Source: an uncultured Gemmatimonadota bacterium (lineage in GTDB: Bacteria > SM23-81 > DAOVCL01). Taken from it: 64,000 nucleotides of DNA. How positions within the stretch are numbered: position 1 is the stretch's first letter; each line of letters opens with the position of its first letter. This document shows positions 37,098 through 49,696 of the stretch, piece by piece. The position numbers were made by a program, and so were the translations under genes. The DNA lies in the NCBI GenBank assembly GCA_964626665.1, contig CAZVGK010000004.1:32001-96000 (forward strand). Reading direction: 5' to 3'. The notes beneath the pieces were generated by a model that saw only the letters and a list, made by a program, of their open reading frames with translations, ran no database searches and had not been told where the DNA came from.

Positions 37098-38352
37098 GAG
37101 AATGCTTACCCTTGCCCTCATCTTAAGCTTAGGGTTGGCTTTGAGTTGGGGAGGAACTCTCTACTCCCAGGAGCAGGGTGAACCCCCAGGGGGGACAATT
37201 AAAAATCTCAATCTACAACATGCTGATATTCATTCAGCCCTCGATTTTCTCTCCAGTTACTCCGGGGTGAATATTGTGGCTGGCCCCACGGTTGAGGGGG
37301 AGATTACCCTGCAGATAAAGGATGTAACCTGGCGGCAAGCCCTGAATATCATCACCGAGACCAATGGTTTGGTTGTGGTGCAGGGGGAGAATTATTTAAG
37401 GGTCTTACCCCAGAAGGACTTCATTTCTGAGGAGATGGCCAAGGGGAAGTATGAGGCAGATAAGGCTAACTTGGGAAAACTGGATACAAGGGTCTTCTAC
37501 ATCAATCATGCCAAGGCCAAGGCCCTTTCCAGAAGCCTTAAAGACCTCACCTCCTCCCGAGGGAAGATAGAGGTGGATGGGAGGACAAATTCCCTCATCA
37601 TTAAGGATCGTCCCGATAACCTAAATATGATAGCAGCCCTTATAGATAGCCTGGACCGGGCGACCCCGCAAATCCAGATAGAGGCCAAGCTTTTGGAGAT
37701 AGACACATCTTCCCTCTGGGAGTTAGGAATTGACTGGTCAGCGGTGAGAGGGGGGAGCAGTCCAATGGATGTCTCTCAGAGCACCGCCGGGGAAGTCACC
37801 AAAGCGATCGGGAATTTTGCCTATGGAACGGTAAAAAACAGCTTTGCTTTAAATGCGACAATCGCCAACCTGGCCAGCCAGAACAAGGCCCACATCCTGG
37901 CTCAACCCTCCATCTCTACAATGGATAATGAAACGGCCACCATCCTTATGGGCCAGGAGATCCCCCTAAAGATGTTCGATCAATCAGGCAATGTGGTTAT
38001 AAAGATGTATCAAGTGGGTACTAAACTTATTGTTACCCCTCATGTTACCTCTCCGACCAGGATACTTATGCACCTACGTCCAGAGAGGAGCTCTTATAGC
38101 TATGATCCTAATGGGGTGATTATCTCTACGCAAAAGGCAGAAACAAATGTGGTTGTCTCCGATGGCCAGACAGCAGTGATTGGCGGTTTGACCAACCAGG
38201 AGAAGAAGTCATCCAAGGTGGGGGTTCCTATTTTGAAGGACATACCCCTTTTAGGGATGCTCTTCAGATATACAAAGCATGAGACTGTGACCAATGACCT
38301 GGTCATATTCGTCACCCCCCATCTGATTAAAGATGAGGTGGGCCAGAAGTAA
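37090..38352 (+). CDS. pilQ: Secretin PilQ (short, no AMIN domains)
   Basis: LNLQ.ADI, V.W.QAL..I, DGRTNSLII.D, QI.IEA, V.DGQT.VIGGL, VP.L.DIP.LG.LF, LVIFVTP. Confidence 0.93.
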   Translation: MNRRMLTLALILSLGLALSWGGTLYSQEQGEPPGGTIKNLNLQHADIHSALDFLSSYSGVNIVAGPTVEGEITLQIKDVTWRQALNIITETNGLVVVQGENYLRVLPQKDFISEEMAKGKYEADKANLGKLDTRVFYINHAKAKALSRSLKDLTSSRGKIEVDGRTNSLIIKDRPDNLNMIAALIDSLDRATPQIQIEAKLLEIDTSSLWELGIDWSAVRGGSSPMDVSQSTAGEVTKAIGNFAYGTVKNSFALNATIANLASQNKAHILAQPSISTMDNETATILMGQEIPLKMFDQSGNVVIKMYQVGTKLIVTPHVTSPTRILMHLRPERSSYSYDPNGVIISTQKAETNVVVSDGQTAVIGGLTNQEKKSSKVGVPILKDIPLLGMLFRYTKHETVTNDLVIFVTPHLIKDEVGQK

Positions 38353-38812
38353 GTTAGTTCCACCATCTCCCTTCAGGGGGCCGGAAGGCCCCCTTTTTTC
38401 TTTGCAGAGGCGAGCAAAGTATTCTGTCATTGCGAGGCACCGAAAGTGCCGAAGCAATCCTATTGGAGGTTGCTTTGTTTGCCCTTTTGTGCTGGTAGGT
38501 CTTTTGCCCTGACGGAAGGATTATTCTTTCTACCCAGCTTTAGCTGGGGGCGATAGGGCTTTAGCCCGGGTTTCTATTGGGTTTTTTGTAGGGGTCGGAT
38601 TCATCCGACCCGCTTCTGAAAGTCTTGTAGGGACAGACATTTATGCCTGTCCGCAGATCTCTTTAGCCGAGGGTTAAAAGGTTTTAGCCTCTTCAAAAAC
38701 GAGGTGGCAAAAGCCCTCTTCTTCTGCCACCGTCAAATTTGGGGATCTGACCGCTCAGCGGCTTGAGTGTATGAATTCTGTCCATTCCTTGGACTTCATT
38801 TATTGAAATAAA

Positions 38813-39634
38813 ATGATGAAATTGAATTTCGTCAAAATGTCCGGCTCAGGGAATGACTTTATCCTCTTTGACAACCGTCGGGGAATCCTTCCTCTTGATC
38901 TCCCCAATTTGGTGCGGATGGTCTGTCGTCGCAGGTTTTCTGTGGGGGCCGATGGGGTATTGGTCTTGGAGCAAAGCGAGAAAGCCGATTTTGGGATGAG
39001 GTATTTCAATGCCGATGGTGGAGAGGCTCCAGTCTGCGGCAACGGAGCTATGTGCATCGCCAAATTAGCTCAACTGTTGGGCATAGTAGGGAAGGAACCA
39101 GTGTTTGAATCCCCTGCTGGGCTGCATAGGGCTAAGATCAGGGGGGACTCGGTTATGGTAAGGTTACAAGAGCCATCTGAAGTCAGGCTTGGTTTTCCCC
39201 TTGAGATTGGTGAGAAAACAGTGGAGGCCTCTTCAGTAAATACGGGGGTTCCCCACCTGGTGCTTGTTTTGGAGGAGATAGCCAAAGCCCCGATCCTCTC
39301 TTGGGGCAGGAAATTACGGTATCATCCCCTCTTCTCCCCCCAGGGGACAAATGTGGACTTCGTGCAGGTATTGGATGAAAACAGATTGCGGATGCGCACC
39401 TATGAGAGGGGGGTAGAGGGGGAGACCTTGGCCTGTGGCACCGGTGCTGCCGCTGCCGCTTTAATTGCTGCTTGGAAAAGGCTGGTTGAGTCTCCAGTTG
39501 AAGTAGAGACAAGGGGAGGGAATGTTTTAAGGGTTTACTTTAAAATTTCGGAGAAAACGGCTGAGGATGTTTGGATTGAGGGAAAAGCAGAATTGACTTT
39601 TGAGGGAGAAATTTCCCTTGCCACGGAAAGCTGA
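38813..39634 (+). CDS. dapF: Diaminopimelate epimerase
   Basis: FVKMSGSGNDF, GADG, CGNG, NTGVPH, TYERGVEGETLACGTG. Confidence 0.96.
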   Translation: MMKLNFVKMSGSGNDFILFDNRRGILPLDLPNLVRMVCRRRFSVGADGVLVLEQSEKADFGMRYFNADGGEAPVCGNGAMCIAKLAQLLGIVGKEPVFESPAGLHRAKIRGDSVMVRLQEPSEVRLGFPLEIGEKTVEASSVNTGVPHLVLVLEEIAKAPILSWGRKLRYHPLFSPQGTNVDFVQVLDENRLRMRTYERGVEGETLACGTGAAAAALIAAWKRLVESPVEVETRGGNVLRVYFKISEKTAEDVWIEGKAELTFEGEISLATES

Positions 39635-40062
39635 GGTGGCAGAACCCCTCTCTTTTACCCTCCTCTGGCTCAGGGGATTGTGCTGTGCCGTCAGGGCTCT
39701 ACCCTGACGGAAGGGGTCTTTTTTACGCGCTCTTTGTGGATGTTATCATCCACAAAGAGACTTCTTCTGTTTGGGCAGGAACCCTGACAACACAGGAATG
39801 GTGGGAGCCTGATGGCCCAAAATAATGAGGTGGCAGAACCCCGATTCTGCCACCATCTCTTCCTTTTTCGTCAAATGACGGTTCGGTATTTTCTACCCGG
39901 CTTTAGCCGAGGGTTCCCTGGGCTTTAGCCCGCTTACTGGCAGGAACACCATACCAGAAGCCCTCTTTTCAAAACAGAGGTGGCAGAAACCCTCTTCTGC
40001 CACCTTTCTCTCTCATCGTCAGATGAGGGCATCTGACGGCTCATCGGGAATTTGCTTCACAT

Positions 40063-40527
40063 CTATGAGTAATTTGGCTTAGGAATAACAGCATATCTGA
40101 TCAATTTCCCCTTTTCAAACCAAAACTCTCCTTGAAGGCTTTTTCCCTCTATTACCAAGGGAAGCCAATGCCTGTCATCCTCCCACATTCTATCAAAGGG
40201 GATTTCATTTAGGGGGAACCATAAAGGATAGGCCTCACCGCTCTCTGTGGGCTGGCCTTCATACTCTTCTACTCGGAAAAGATAGACCAGCCAATTTAGT
40301 TTCCCGTTCTCATAGAAGATAAGAGTCCCCAATTCCCTCTCCCTTTTCACCTTAATCCCAATCTCCTCTCTTAGTTCCCTTCTTAGACAATTTTCAGAGG
40401 GCTCCTCGAATTCCATTTTTCCCCCAGGCCCATTCCACTTGCCCCTGCCATGTCCCCTTTTCTTTTTGATCAGGAGGATCTGCCCATCCCTGATGATATA
40501 CCCCAAAACAGCCTTGGTAACTTTCAT
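40063..40527 (-). CDS. Nudix hydrolase, MutT/MTH1-like 8-oxo-dGTPase
   Basis: KKRG.G.GKWNGPGGK.....RE..EE.G Nudix box; MW.DD..WLP. Confidence 0.9.
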   Translation of the reverse strand: MKVTKAVLGYIIRDGQILLIKKKRGHGRGKWNGPGGKMEFEEPSENCLRRELREEIGIKVKRERELGTLIFYENGKLNWLVYLFRVEEYEGQPTESGEAYPLWFPLNEIPFDRMWEDDRHWLPLVIEGKSLQGEFWFEKGKLIRYAVIPKPNYS

Positions 40528-41083
40528 ATCACTCCAGTAGTATCCCTTGTGCCGTCAGGGCTCCTGCCCTGACGGAGGGGTTCTCTCTTCTGCCGAGCTC
40601 GGTCCTAACCCTCCCCACTAAAGTAGTGTAGAACTATTCTTTTCTACCCGGCTTTAGCTGGGGTAACCTCTTTGGGGCTTTAGCCCATTCTTAGGGCCTA
40701 AAGGCCCTGAACCCGCACTAAAGTGCGGTAGAACCATTGCCTGGTAGGGCAGAGCCCTACCAGCACATATCCGCGTAATTCTGCGTTAATCTGCGCTCCT
40801 TGTTTTCTTCTACCCCCGCAAAAGCGGGGGGGGTGTCCTCTTTATAGGTTTTAGCCAACTCACTGACAAAAATCGAGGTGGCAGAAGCCCTCTTCTGCCA
40901 CCCGCACGGTCAGATCACCCGCTTTCAGAGATGGCCTCAAACCTCCCGCAGATTCCAAATCTGCGGGAGGTTCCACTTTGGGCTCAACCCATTCTGCCAT
41001 TGGCGAGTTGCAGGAACCGAGGTGGCAGAAGCCCTGCTCTGCCACTGTCAGATTAGGGTTCTACTCTTCGGCCATAGTGCGGG

Positions 41084-42070
41084 TTACTCCCTAATGTGCA
41101 CTGGAAGATCATAACCTAATCCCTTTAACCTTTCTCTCTCCCTGTGGAGAAAATCAAAGATAACATTGCTTTTTATCACAAAAGTAAGTCCGTAATCAAT
41201 TAGCTTCAAATCTTTGACATATGTCTCTCCCTCATAAGGCAAATTCTGATATAACTCATAAATATTTGGCTCATCGGGCGGAACAAGGACTGTTTCCGGA
41301 CTGTAGGCAACCGCATTGGCCATTCCGATTAGTTTATACTGCCCGTCTTGGGTAAAGAGAATGGCTACACCCCCGGAAAACCCTCTATTAAACAGAGCAT
41401 CAACCATAAACCTGTTTTTGTATGGCGAAGGACTGGCTAATCCTCTCGTAACCATAAAATAGCCCTTCGGAAAACCCAGTAGGTAAATCTCCTCTCCTAA
41501 TTTGATCTTTTCTGCATCTCCAAACCGCCCTGCAAAAGGGGATTCGGATAATAAGATTTCATCTCGATCTGTTTCAATTAAAGCAAGATCATTTCGTTCA
41601 TCTACGGCGATTATTTTACCCAGACTACTTCTACCACTCATATGAAAGACTAAAACATTTTGTTCCAATTTGATAGAAAGAGAATGGAGAAATTTTGTCG
41701 GCTGTTTCTCTTTATCCAAGTAGTACGTTTTAAGAGTATCTTTAAAATCAAATAAATGATAGCAGGTTAGTAACACCATTTTACGCAAATCTTGGCAGAT
41801 AATAAGTCCAGTTCCCGCAACAGAATTGGTTGTTATGTACTCGCTGATTAAAAGGCTTTTTTGGGAGGACGTATCTGCTTGGCCTGAAGGATTGGCGTAG
41901 AAGTAATTTTGATAGTTGGCAGAGCAGGTAACCTTCAGGATTGATCTCTGGAGTTGGCTCAATTTTTCAAGCTGAGGTTGTTTAAAATTGGAAGGAGAAT
42001 GTGAGTAAGGTGGATGGGAACAGGAGAGAGTTGCTAAAATGGCCAATGGAATTACCCAATAAAACCTCAT
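41084..42070 (-). CDS. Trypsin-like serine protease, lipoprotein
   Basis: LSC lipobox; catalytic triad motifs LTCYH, DLALI, NRGFSGG. Confidence 0.8.
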   Translation of the reverse strand: MRFYWVIPLAILATLSCSHPPYSHSPSNFKQPQLEKLSQLQRSILKVTCSANYQNYFYANPSGQADTSSQKSLLISEYITTNSVAGTGLIICQDLRKMVLLTCYHLFDFKDTLKTYYLDKEKQPTKFLHSLSIKLEQNVLVFHMSGRSSLGKIIAVDERNDLALIETDRDEILLSESPFAGRFGDAEKIKLGEEIYLLGFPKGYFMVTRGLASPSPYKNRFMVDALFNRGFSGGVAILFTQDGQYKLIGMANAVAYSPETVLVPPDEPNIYELYQNLPYEGETYVKDLKLIDYGLTFVIKSNVIFDFLHRERERLKGLGYDLPVHIRE

Positions 42071-42451
42071 CTTAACCCTCCTTTTAGATTAGACAGGATA
42101 AACATGATGATCAAGATATGCAATTCATGAAACACCGAAGATCACCGAATAATAACCCCGGGTTATACGTTGAGAAACCACGAGATTTCACGAGATATTC
42201 AGAATAAAGAGGTTTACAAATTCATGACCCGTTTCTCACCTAAAAGATGCATTCTTGAATATTTTTATCTAATCTGTGAAAATCTGTGTTCATCTGTGGT
42301 ATAGCGTGTTTTGGGTTTATTAGACAGAGCCTGATCCCCCTTTATCCACTTATATAAAATTGAGCCTTCAATGTCAACCATAAAACAAGAAGGGGCTCCG
42401 ATAACCTGGAGCCCCTCCCTTTCCATCATCTGTATAGCCACCAGTCACCCA

Positions 42452-45400
42452 TTAGCTCAGAAGAACCATCTTGCGGGTGGAGGTAAAATCCCCAGCCGAG
42501 ATTCGATAGAAGTAGATGCCGGAGGAGAGAGAACCTGCATCCCATCTGACGGTTTTATATCCAGCCCTTTGCTGAGCATCGACAAGAGTGGCTATTCTTT
42601 GCCCTAAGATATTGTAAACCTCCAACCTCACCCAGCAATCCCAGGGCAAGGCATACTTGATCTCGGTGATGGGGTTGAATGGGTTCGGGTAGTTCTGGTA
42701 CAAAGCGAAAGCCGTAGGGAGAATTGAGCCAACTTGATGTATCGGGATGGAAGTAGAAATACCACCTACAGGACTTGATAACTCACTCTCATTCTCCGAC
42801 ATATCCACACAGGAGATTGCAAACCAGTAAACTGAATCTTCAAGGTGGGCAAGATAGACAACTCTTGATGTGCCAGGTTCAACACTTATGGGTGAAGACG
42901 GGCTATAGGGACTCGTTCCATCCCAAGGGGAAATGGAATCCGTATCGTAGTAAAGCAAGTATCCGAGGATGTCTTCCTCTTCATTTGCATGCCATGTTAG
43001 AAGCACGGCATTTGTGTCCACAATCTCAGCTTTTAGGCCGATGGGTTGAGCCGGGGGGGTTGAGTCTAAAAACCATATTCTTGTCCAACCACCTGCCTCT
43101 CCGGTCACAGATTGAGCCCAAACGTAGGCAATCCAACCGACTTCAGATGCCCTTATTTCGAAGTTGATAGTCCCTCCTGAGGATAGAACTTGAATGCCCT
43201 CAAGAGCCGTGTCTGTATCTGCCGTTATTATCTCACCACCAGTTGTTGAGATTGTGAACGGCGTCCCATCCTCTACAGGCGTCCCATCGTTATTATAAAT
43301 AATGTCACTGGTAACTTGAGATACTGCCGTTCCATTGGCCGCTAATGTGTCCGGATTAGGTATAAGATTGAATCCAGAGCCCGGCATTGTAGGCGCAAGG
43401 GTATATTCACCGAATTGGGCTATTTCTGCCCTCACCCAATTACTATCGGGTTTGACTACTCCACCTACATAGATCCAATTTTTGAGTGAATCATCCCAGG
43501 TGTACATCCTTAGTGTACTTTCATCAATATCTGCCACCTCTGTATCAGAATAGGCCAAGGTGAATGTTGCCGGGGTTACCCACTCCAAAGAATCCGGCAC
43601 CAGATGATAAAATCCACCTATCCCATAATGTAGTCCGTAAAACTCCTGAAGCCTGTCTTTAATATTTTTCCTCAGTCTGAATTCGCTTTCTGTTAGGTGA
43701 CTGGACCTCGTTTTTGACGAGTTGCCCCACCAGTTCCAGTTATAGGCTCCGATTAGAGTCCCCTCCTGAAGAGCACCTGCAGGAATATCAAGATAAGTGT
43801 CTCCCATCTGAAAATGTGTGCCCGTAGCAAGAACTGTATCCTGATAATAGGTAAAGACGCTGTCCAGCATTCCCTTTGCCCCTGATCCAAAGAGATTGTC
43901 AAGTAAAGCTTGAGGAACACCTGCAACATCTATAACTACATTGGTATAGGAATCATCCGTATACTCCTCCAAGAGATAAGCCCTCCCTGCTATCCATATC
44001 CCCCTCTTCTGTAAGATATCCTTTTCCACAAAACATCCCCCTTTGAGCCCAATAGAACCCTTAAGCGCCAGTCCCACATTTAGTCTCAGAGTAGTTGGGA
44101 TTGAAGCTATCGACTCAGTTGAAGATTCTTCATACTGAACCGTTATGTCCGAGCCACTCTCCTGCATCTCCCCAATTTGCTTGAACAAATTAAAAAGGAG
44201 ATTCGCTGCCTCGACAGGTGCGAGGGACAAATTCGCCGCCCCGCCTGTTGTGAGCATTACAAAAAGGACTGATGAGTTTCCATAAGCGTCCAAAACAGCT
44301 TGAAGGACGGACTGGTCTCCTGAGATTGTTATTAGATCACACTCGGTTTCCGATACGCCAAGAGGTTTCTTTTGGGTTTCAACGATGATTTTGAATTGGC
44401 CTGCCCCATCGGTGAGGAGTTCAATTTTAAATGATAAATTACCGTTGTAGCTGGGATGGTAATCCTGGTCCAATATATTCAGCCATTGGGGCACATCATA
44501 GGCATCAGACCACAACCCTAAGGGGGTAAAGTCAAAGTCGCAGTCGGCTGATACATCTATCTTCCCAAGAAGTTCATAGCCTACTCCGCAATAAGATTCA
44601 ATGGGATAATTGGTGGCACTGAACTTTGAATGTAGAGAGCCGTTCACGTTACCTGCAAGATGGAAATGAGGGGTCGCGATAACCGTGGGGAGCAAATCAA
44701 AGCCAAGAATCCCCTCTGCTCTGCCTCCTCCCCAGATATCAACCCCCTTATCCCCAGCGTAATAGCCCTCATCGAGGACATCACCCACAGTAGTAAAATG
44801 GGTTATCAACCATTCGTGGATACTCCATAACCATCCTGTCATGGGAACATAATGAAGGGGGTCGAAAAGGACAACAACCGGTGCTGCACTATACTCCAAG
44901 CCCCCCTGAGGGGGATAAGCAAATTGGTAATTGTCCTCTTTGAAAGCCCCTGCACCTACCTCAAGTCCTGCTCCTGCATACGCTCCGGCATCATAATCAT
45001 TTATTGTCAGGGAGACCCCGATACCAGCGCCTGCGCCAAAAGTGCCTCCCAATTCTCCGAATCTATGCCACAACGATGTGTCCGGGCTACTCTTTGTTCC
45101 ACTTAGAGCCCAGCCGACTGCATTTTCCACCACCGTTCCCCAATCTTCAACATCAAGATTGAATTTTGCTTTAAACCGATTTCGCCTTTCATATTCCCTA
45201 TCCTTAATTGCCACATCAAATGAAACCACCTGATAGGATTCCAAAGGCTGTCCATTTACAGAGACGATGTTCACGGTAACAAGGTCGTTGAGTCCACCAA
45301 GGTCATCTGCCAATAGGTCAATATCTACGATCCCCTCATCATCGGTCCAAAAAGCAAGGCTCTGGGTTTGAGTTTCTACCCCAACGCTAACATTCGGTTG

Positions 45401-48400
45401 GGGGTCATCATGCCAATCCCGCACTCTGTAATAACGATGGACTGTGCCACCCTGCATCACCGTTGACATGTCCGGGTTTGTAGGGTTTGGATCTGGGGAA
45501 AGGGAGACAACGGGATGTAATGGAGGTAATGTGAAGTCAACCTGAGTGACTTGTGCCTCACTTATCTCTATACCATTATGAGTAACGGGATCATGACCTT
45601 CCTTTGAGGCCTTAACATCATAAGTGCCGACTGGGATATTCAGATAATAAGTCCCATCCGTGGCCGTCCTGGTAGAATTAACGACCTCTCCGTTCTGTAG
45701 GGCTTCTACCAAAGCATTTGGGATAGGAGGTGCTGGAGGGAATTGCATTTCTGAGACAGTGCCGGAAATAGCACCCCGTCCAGGCACCCAGGCCACCAGC
45801 ACATTGTCAAAGCGGACGGTGGCACTTCCGTAGGCACCGGAGTAGGCGGTGACGGCAACCTGGCCGTGGTCTAAGGGAGTATCCGTATCAGTGTAGTCTA
45901 TGACCTGGTTGTCATCTACCCAGACCTTTATATTTTCACCGATAACCTTGACCTTGATGTGATACCAGGTATTAAGCTGACTTGTATAATCAGTAGTGAT
46001 AATCTCGGTAGAGACTCCGTCTACTATTCTGGAGAGGGTAACTTCATCTGCCCCCATCCAATCGCTTCTCACATTCACCGCATAGAAGTTGTCCTCATTA
46101 ACAACCCGAAATGCCACTACCTTATCCACACCCGCATCTCCATAGACTTCGGCCTCCAAGATATAATCCGTCCAATCAGAATTACCAGCCACACTGAGAC
46201 ACCAGACTTCAGTACCGCTCACGCTGGAGGTGTATTCTTCATTTTCAACCGTCCAGGTGCAACCGCCGTATTTCTGCCACCCATCGTCATTGCCATCAGC
46301 GAAATCATCAAAGAACAGGGTATCCGAGGGACTGGGGTTAAGCTGGAAATCAACGGTTGTGGTCTGATCGGCAATCACTTCCTTTCCATTTTCGGTTTTG
46401 GTCTCATAGCCATCCTTTGAGGCTCGGACATCGTAAGTGCCCACAAGTAAATCTGGAATGCTGTAGCTCCCATCCGATTCTGTAATGTCACTGCCAATTA
46501 TATTTGCTCCTTGCATAGCCTCCGCAAGTGCACCTTCTATCGGGTTTTGGGTGTATGAGTCTTTCACTGTGCCGGCAATCGTCCCGCGCTCGCCGCCATA
46601 AAATTGAAGGATGATCAAACCAGCGCCATAATCTGCTACATAGGCATATGAACTTAAGATATGCACATTACATGCAAGGGCAAATGGCGAAGCCCACTCG
46701 GGTGGAGTAATGTAGTAACCCTCTTCACTCGGGTTAGCCGGATCAGCCACATTGATGATCCTTAAACCACCAAAGAGATCTGCGACATAGGCGTGAGGAC
46801 CCAAAACATAAACATCCGCTGCACTGTGTGGAGTGTCGAAGTAGCCTACCTCATAGGGGTCAGCCGGGCCAGCCACGTTGATGATCCTTAAACCAGCACT
46901 TCCGGCTGCAAGATAAGCATATGAACCCAAAACATACACATCCGGTTCATAGCCTGGAGTATCGTAGTAGCCTTCCTCATAAGGGTTAGTCGGATCAGCC
47001 ACATTGATGATCCTTAAACCAGCATCATAATCAGCGACATAGGCATAAGAACCCAGGACATATACACCATATGCACGGCCTGGAGTGTCGCAGTGGCCTA
47101 CCTCATAAGGGTTGGCCGGATCAGCCACATTGATGATCCTCAAACCAGCATAATAATCAGCGACATAGGCATAAAAACCCAAGACATATACACCCCATGC
47201 GTTGTGTGGAGTATCATAGTAGCCTACTTCATAGGGGTTAGCCGGGTCAGCCACGTTGATGATCCCTAAACCAGCACTTCCATCTGCGACATAGGCATAA
47301 GAACCCAGGACATATACACCATATGCACGGCCTGGAGTGTCGTAGTGGCCTACTTCATAAAGGTCAGCAGGATCGGCTACGTTGACAATCCATAAATCAT
47401 TTTCATCGGCGACATAGGCATAAGAATCCAATACATATACATCGGTTGCATAGTTTGGAGTATCATAGTAGCCCACCTCATAGGGGTTAGCCGGATCAGC
47501 CACATTGATAATCCTTAAACCACCAAAGAGATCTGCGACATAGGCTAAAGAATCCAAGACATATACATCCCGTGCAGAGCCTGGGGTATCGTAGTAACCC
47601 ACCTCGTAGGGGTTGGCCGGATCAGCCACATTGATCACCCTCAAACCAGCATTCGCCCCTCCGACATAGGCATAAGAACCTGACACATATATGCCCCCTG
47701 CACCGTCTGGAGCGTCGTAATAGCTCACCTCATAGGGGTTGGCCGGATCAGCCACGTTGATAATTCCTAAACCAGCACTTCCATCTGCGACATAGGCATA
47801 AGAACCCAAGACATATACATCCCGTGCCCAGCCTGGAGTGTCATAGTAGCCTACTTCATAAGGGTTGGCTGGATGAGCCACATTAATGATCCTCAAACCA
47901 GCCTCATCGTCGGCGACATAGGCATAAGAATCCAACACATATACACCATATGCTTGGTCTGGAGTATCGTAGTAGCCTAACTCATAGGGATGAGCCGGAT
48001 CAGCCACATTGATCACCCTCAAACCGGCCCACGCAGCTGCGACATAGGCATAGGAACCCAGGACATATACACTATATGCATGGCCTGGAGTGTTGTAGTA
48101 ACCTTCCTCATAAGGATTAGCTGGATCAGCCACATTGATGATTCTTAACCCAGCATAATAATCAGCGACATAGAGATGGAGGTTGTTAACAAAAAGACCC
48201 TCTACTACACTTGGGGTGGCAATCTCGGAAATTTTAGTCGGTAATGTGGGGTCTGAGATGTTGAGGATGTATATCCCTCCGCCTGAACCAAGATAGGCGT
48301 AATCGCCTTGAACTGCCACAGCAAAGGCGGGTCCATACGGCCACCGACCGACACAACGTACATTCAGGCTATCGCCTTTGCCTCCAGAGAAAGCTGCGGG

Positions 48401-48526
48401 CACCCCTCTCAAATCCGACCCTCTCCTCTGGGGACCAAAACCCTTCTGCCCCCAATCCATCGGCTGCCCATAGGCCAAAATGGGCACAACCAAGGCAACC
48501 CATATCAAAAACAAACGCTTAACCAT
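42452..48526 (-). CDS. Large secreted protein (2024 aa): 14 LVIVD repeats, CarboxypepD_reg-like, DUF1080-like, FN3-like and C-terminal sorting domains
   Basis: Signal peptide; [20 protein letters not shown] repeats; [51 protein letters not shown]. Confidence 0.9.
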   Translation of the reverse strand: MVKRLFLIWVALVVPILAYGQPMDWGQKGFGPQRRGSDLRGVPAAFSGGKGDSLNVRCVGRWPYGPAFAVAVQGDYAYLGSGGGIYILNISDPTLPTKISEIATPSVVEGLFVNNLHLYVADYYAGLRIINVADPANPYEEGYYNTPGHAYSVYVLGSYAYVAAAWAGLRVINVADPAHPYELGYYDTPDQAYGVYVLDSYAYVADDEAGLRIINVAHPANPYEVGYYDTPGWARDVYVLGSYAYVADGSAGLGIINVADPANPYEVSYYDAPDGAGGIYVSGSYAYVGGANAGLRVINVADPANPYEVGYYDTPGSARDVYVLDSLAYVADLFGGLRIINVADPANPYEVGYYDTPNYATDVYVLDSYAYVADENDLWIVNVADPADLYEVGHYDTPGRAYGVYVLGSYAYVADGSAGLGIINVADPANPYEVGYYDTPHNAWGVYVLGFYAYVADYYAGLRIINVADPANPYEVGHCDTPGRAYGVYVLGSYAYVADYDAGLRIINVADPTNPYEEGYYDTPGYEPDVYVLGSYAYLAAGSAGLRIINVAGPADPYEVGYFDTPHSAADVYVLGPHAYVADLFGGLRIINVADPANPSEEGYYITPPEWASPFALACNVHILSSYAYVADYGAGLIILQFYGGERGTIAGTVKDSYTQNPIEGALAEAMQGANIIGSDITESDGSYSIPDLLVGTYDVRASKDGYETKTENGKEVIADQTTTVDFQLNPSPSDTLFFDDFADGNDDGWQKYGGCTWTVENEEYTSSVSGTEVWCLSVAGNSDWTDYILEAEVYGDAGVDKVVAFRVVNEDNFYAVNVRSDWMGADEVTLSRIVDGVSTEIITTDYTSQLNTWYHIKVKVIGENIKVWVDDNQVIDYTDTDTPLDHGQVAVTAYSGAYGSATVRFDNVLVAWVPGRGAISGTVSEMQFPPAPPIPNALVEALQNGEVVNSTRTATDGTYYLNIPVGTYDVKASKEGHDPVTHNGIEISEAQVTQVDFTLPPLHPVVSLSPDPNPTNPDMSTVMQGGTVHRYYRVRDWHDDPQPNVSVGVETQTQSLAFWTDDEGIVDIDLLADDLGGLNDLVTVNIVSVNGQPLESYQVVSFDVAIKDREYERRNRFKAKFNLDVEDWGTVVENAVGWALSGTKSSPDTSLWHRFGELGGTFGAGAGIGVSLTINDYDAGAYAGAGLEVGAGAFKEDNYQFAYPPQGGLEYSAAPVVVLFDPLHYVPMTGWLWSIHEWLITHFTTVGDVLDEGYYAGDKGVDIWGGGRAEGILGFDLLPTVIATPHFHLAGNVNGSLHSKFSATNYPIESYCGVGYELLGKIDVSADCDFDFTPLGLWSDAYDVPQWLNILDQDYHPSYNGNLSFKIELLTDGAGQFKIIVETQKKPLGVSETECDLITISGDQSVLQAVLDAYGNSSVLFVMLTTGGAANLSLAPVEAANLLFNLFKQIGEMQESGSDITVQYEESSTESIASIPTTLRLNVGLALKGSIGLKGGCFVEKDILQKRGIWIAGRAYLLEEYTDDSYTNVVIDVAGVPQALLDNLFGSGAKGMLDSVFTYYQDTVLATGTHFQMGDTYLDIPAGALQEGTLIGAYNWNWWGNSSKTRSSHLTESEFRLRKNIKDRLQEFYGLHYGIGGFYHLVPDSLEWVTPATFTLAYSDTEVADIDESTLRMYTWDDSLKNWIYVGGVVKPDSNWVRAEIAQFGEYTLAPTMPGSGFNLIPNPDTLAANGTAVSQVTSDIIYNNDGTPVEDGTPFTISTTGGEIITADTDTALEGIQVLSSGGTINFEIRASEVGWIAYVWAQSVTGEAGGWTRIWFLDSTPPAQPIGLKAEIVDTNAVLLTWHANEEEDILGYLLYYDTDSISPWDGTSPYSPSSPISVEPGTSRVVYLAHLEDSVYWFAISCVDMSENESELSSPVGGISTSIPIHQVGSILPTAFALYQNYPNPFNPITEIKYALPWDCWVRLEVYNILGQRIATLVDAQQRAGYKTVRWDAGSLSSGIYFYRISAGDFTSTRKMVLLS
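46600..48350 (-). repeat. Tandem ~126-bp coding repeats (LVIVD blades)
   Basis: Recurrent GGATCAGCCACATTGATGATCC / GACATAGGCATAAGAA at ~126-bp period; boundaries approximate. Confidence 0.9.
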
Positions 48527-48779
48527 TTCTCACCTCTTCAGTTTAAAAGGTTTTCCGATGTTATGTAGGGACAGACATTTATGTCTGTCCGCTTTCCTCG
48601 GACAGGGCTAAAGCCCTGTCCCTACAGACCACCTACGGCGGCCCGGGATAAGTTCCGACCTGTCCTACACAAATCCTCTTTCGGACTACGATAAATTGGA
48701 ATCCCTAAGAAATCTCTATACATCCGGTGGTAATCCTGGTTCCATTCGCTTGCATCAACACCTCAAAAGAACTTCAAGT

Positions 48780-49241
48780 TCATTTGATTGCTGGGTTGAT
48801 AACTTCTAACCCTGCAATTTGGGCAATGTGACATAACACTGGATCTGCACAGACAAAGTAGGTGAGTTCTCTTCTCTCGGAGAAGGCACTGGCAACTGAT
48901 AACTGAATGGCATCAAGGGTCCTCAAATTGTTCCTTACTCCGAACTCAATTAGCGAAACAATTGCTTTCTGGTAGTAGACAGGTTCCATAGGAACTACTC
49001 GGATTCTCTCATTAACACAATCATCATAGAAGGATTGCAGTGCCTTATCCATCTCATCTTTGCTAAGTTCTTTTACCCTCACCTTCTTGACCAGGGCCGA
49101 ATGGATTTCAACAGTCCCCATTTCCGAAACAAAAACCAGACTATCACTCTCATTAAATATCTCCTCAGCTTTCTCACTTCCATCTTCCCGATGATACAAC
49201 TTTACTAAAGCACTGGTATCAAAGAAGTAATTGGCCGTCAC
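48780..49241 (-). CDS. vapC: VapC-family PIN-domain toxin
   Basis: FFDTSALVKLY..E.GS, E..SAL, LRTLDAIQL, F.CAD..L. Confidence 0.92.
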   Translation of the reverse strand: MTANYFFDTSALVKLYHREDGSEKAEEIFNESDSLVFVSEMGTVEIHSALVKKVRVKELSKDEMDKALQSFYDDCVNERIRVVPMEPVYYQKAIVSLIEFGVRNNLRTLDAIQLSVASAFSERRELTYFVCADPVLCHIAQIAGLEVINPAIK

Positions 49242-49522
49242 TTCCTATCCCTTCTATCATCGATAATCGCTTGCGCCAATGAGCCTTTTATCGAAGAGAG
49301 TGCCTTTTGAGCCTGCTTATGGGAGACCTTCTCATGAAGATGGCCTTTCATAAAATTGAGAAGAAAAGAATCCTCTTCCATACCAAGAGGAGTTAATATA
49401 ACCTCATCTCCGGTAAATATACACCTTGCTTTCTTGCCCAACAAACCCATCTTCTCCCAGATTGATGGATCTATTCTTGTGGTTCCATCTTTCTGGATTT
49501 TTATCTCTGTCACCATTTTCAT
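49238..49522 (-). CDS. Putative antitoxin (VapB-position partner)
   Basis: Overlaps the vapC start; AbrB-like N-terminus; C-terminal SL...II..R; GGAGG SD. Confidence 0.65.
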   Translation of the reverse strand: MKMVTEIKIQKDGTTRIDPSIWEKMGLLGKKARCIFTGDEVILTPLGMEEDSFLLNFMKGHLHEKVSHKQAQKALSSIKGSLAQAIIDDRRDRK

Positions 49523-49696
49523 AGTCCTTACCTCCTATGAACTCAGCCCCCTTCAGTTTCCTTCGGACTTCGATAAATCAGAGTCCCTACATTGACTTCC
49601 TTCTACAAGGCTTTCCCGACCCGTTGCGCGTCGGGACGGGTAGCCGAGGGTCTGCTTAACCCCGCACTAAAGTGCGGTAGAATTTCCTGATACAGC

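Larger units (their letters stand above)
38400..41060. repeat. REP-like module mosaics in spacers around dapF and Nudix
   Basis: Same module families at ~38425, 38527, 38627, 38701, 39633, 39827, 39890, 39977, 40551, 40642, 40712, 40875, 41019. Confidence 0.85.

Noticed and set aside
46600-48350. CRISPR or DGR template/variable repeat
   Set aside because: Repeats are in-frame coding units; no reverse transcriptase or non-coding template copy was seen.
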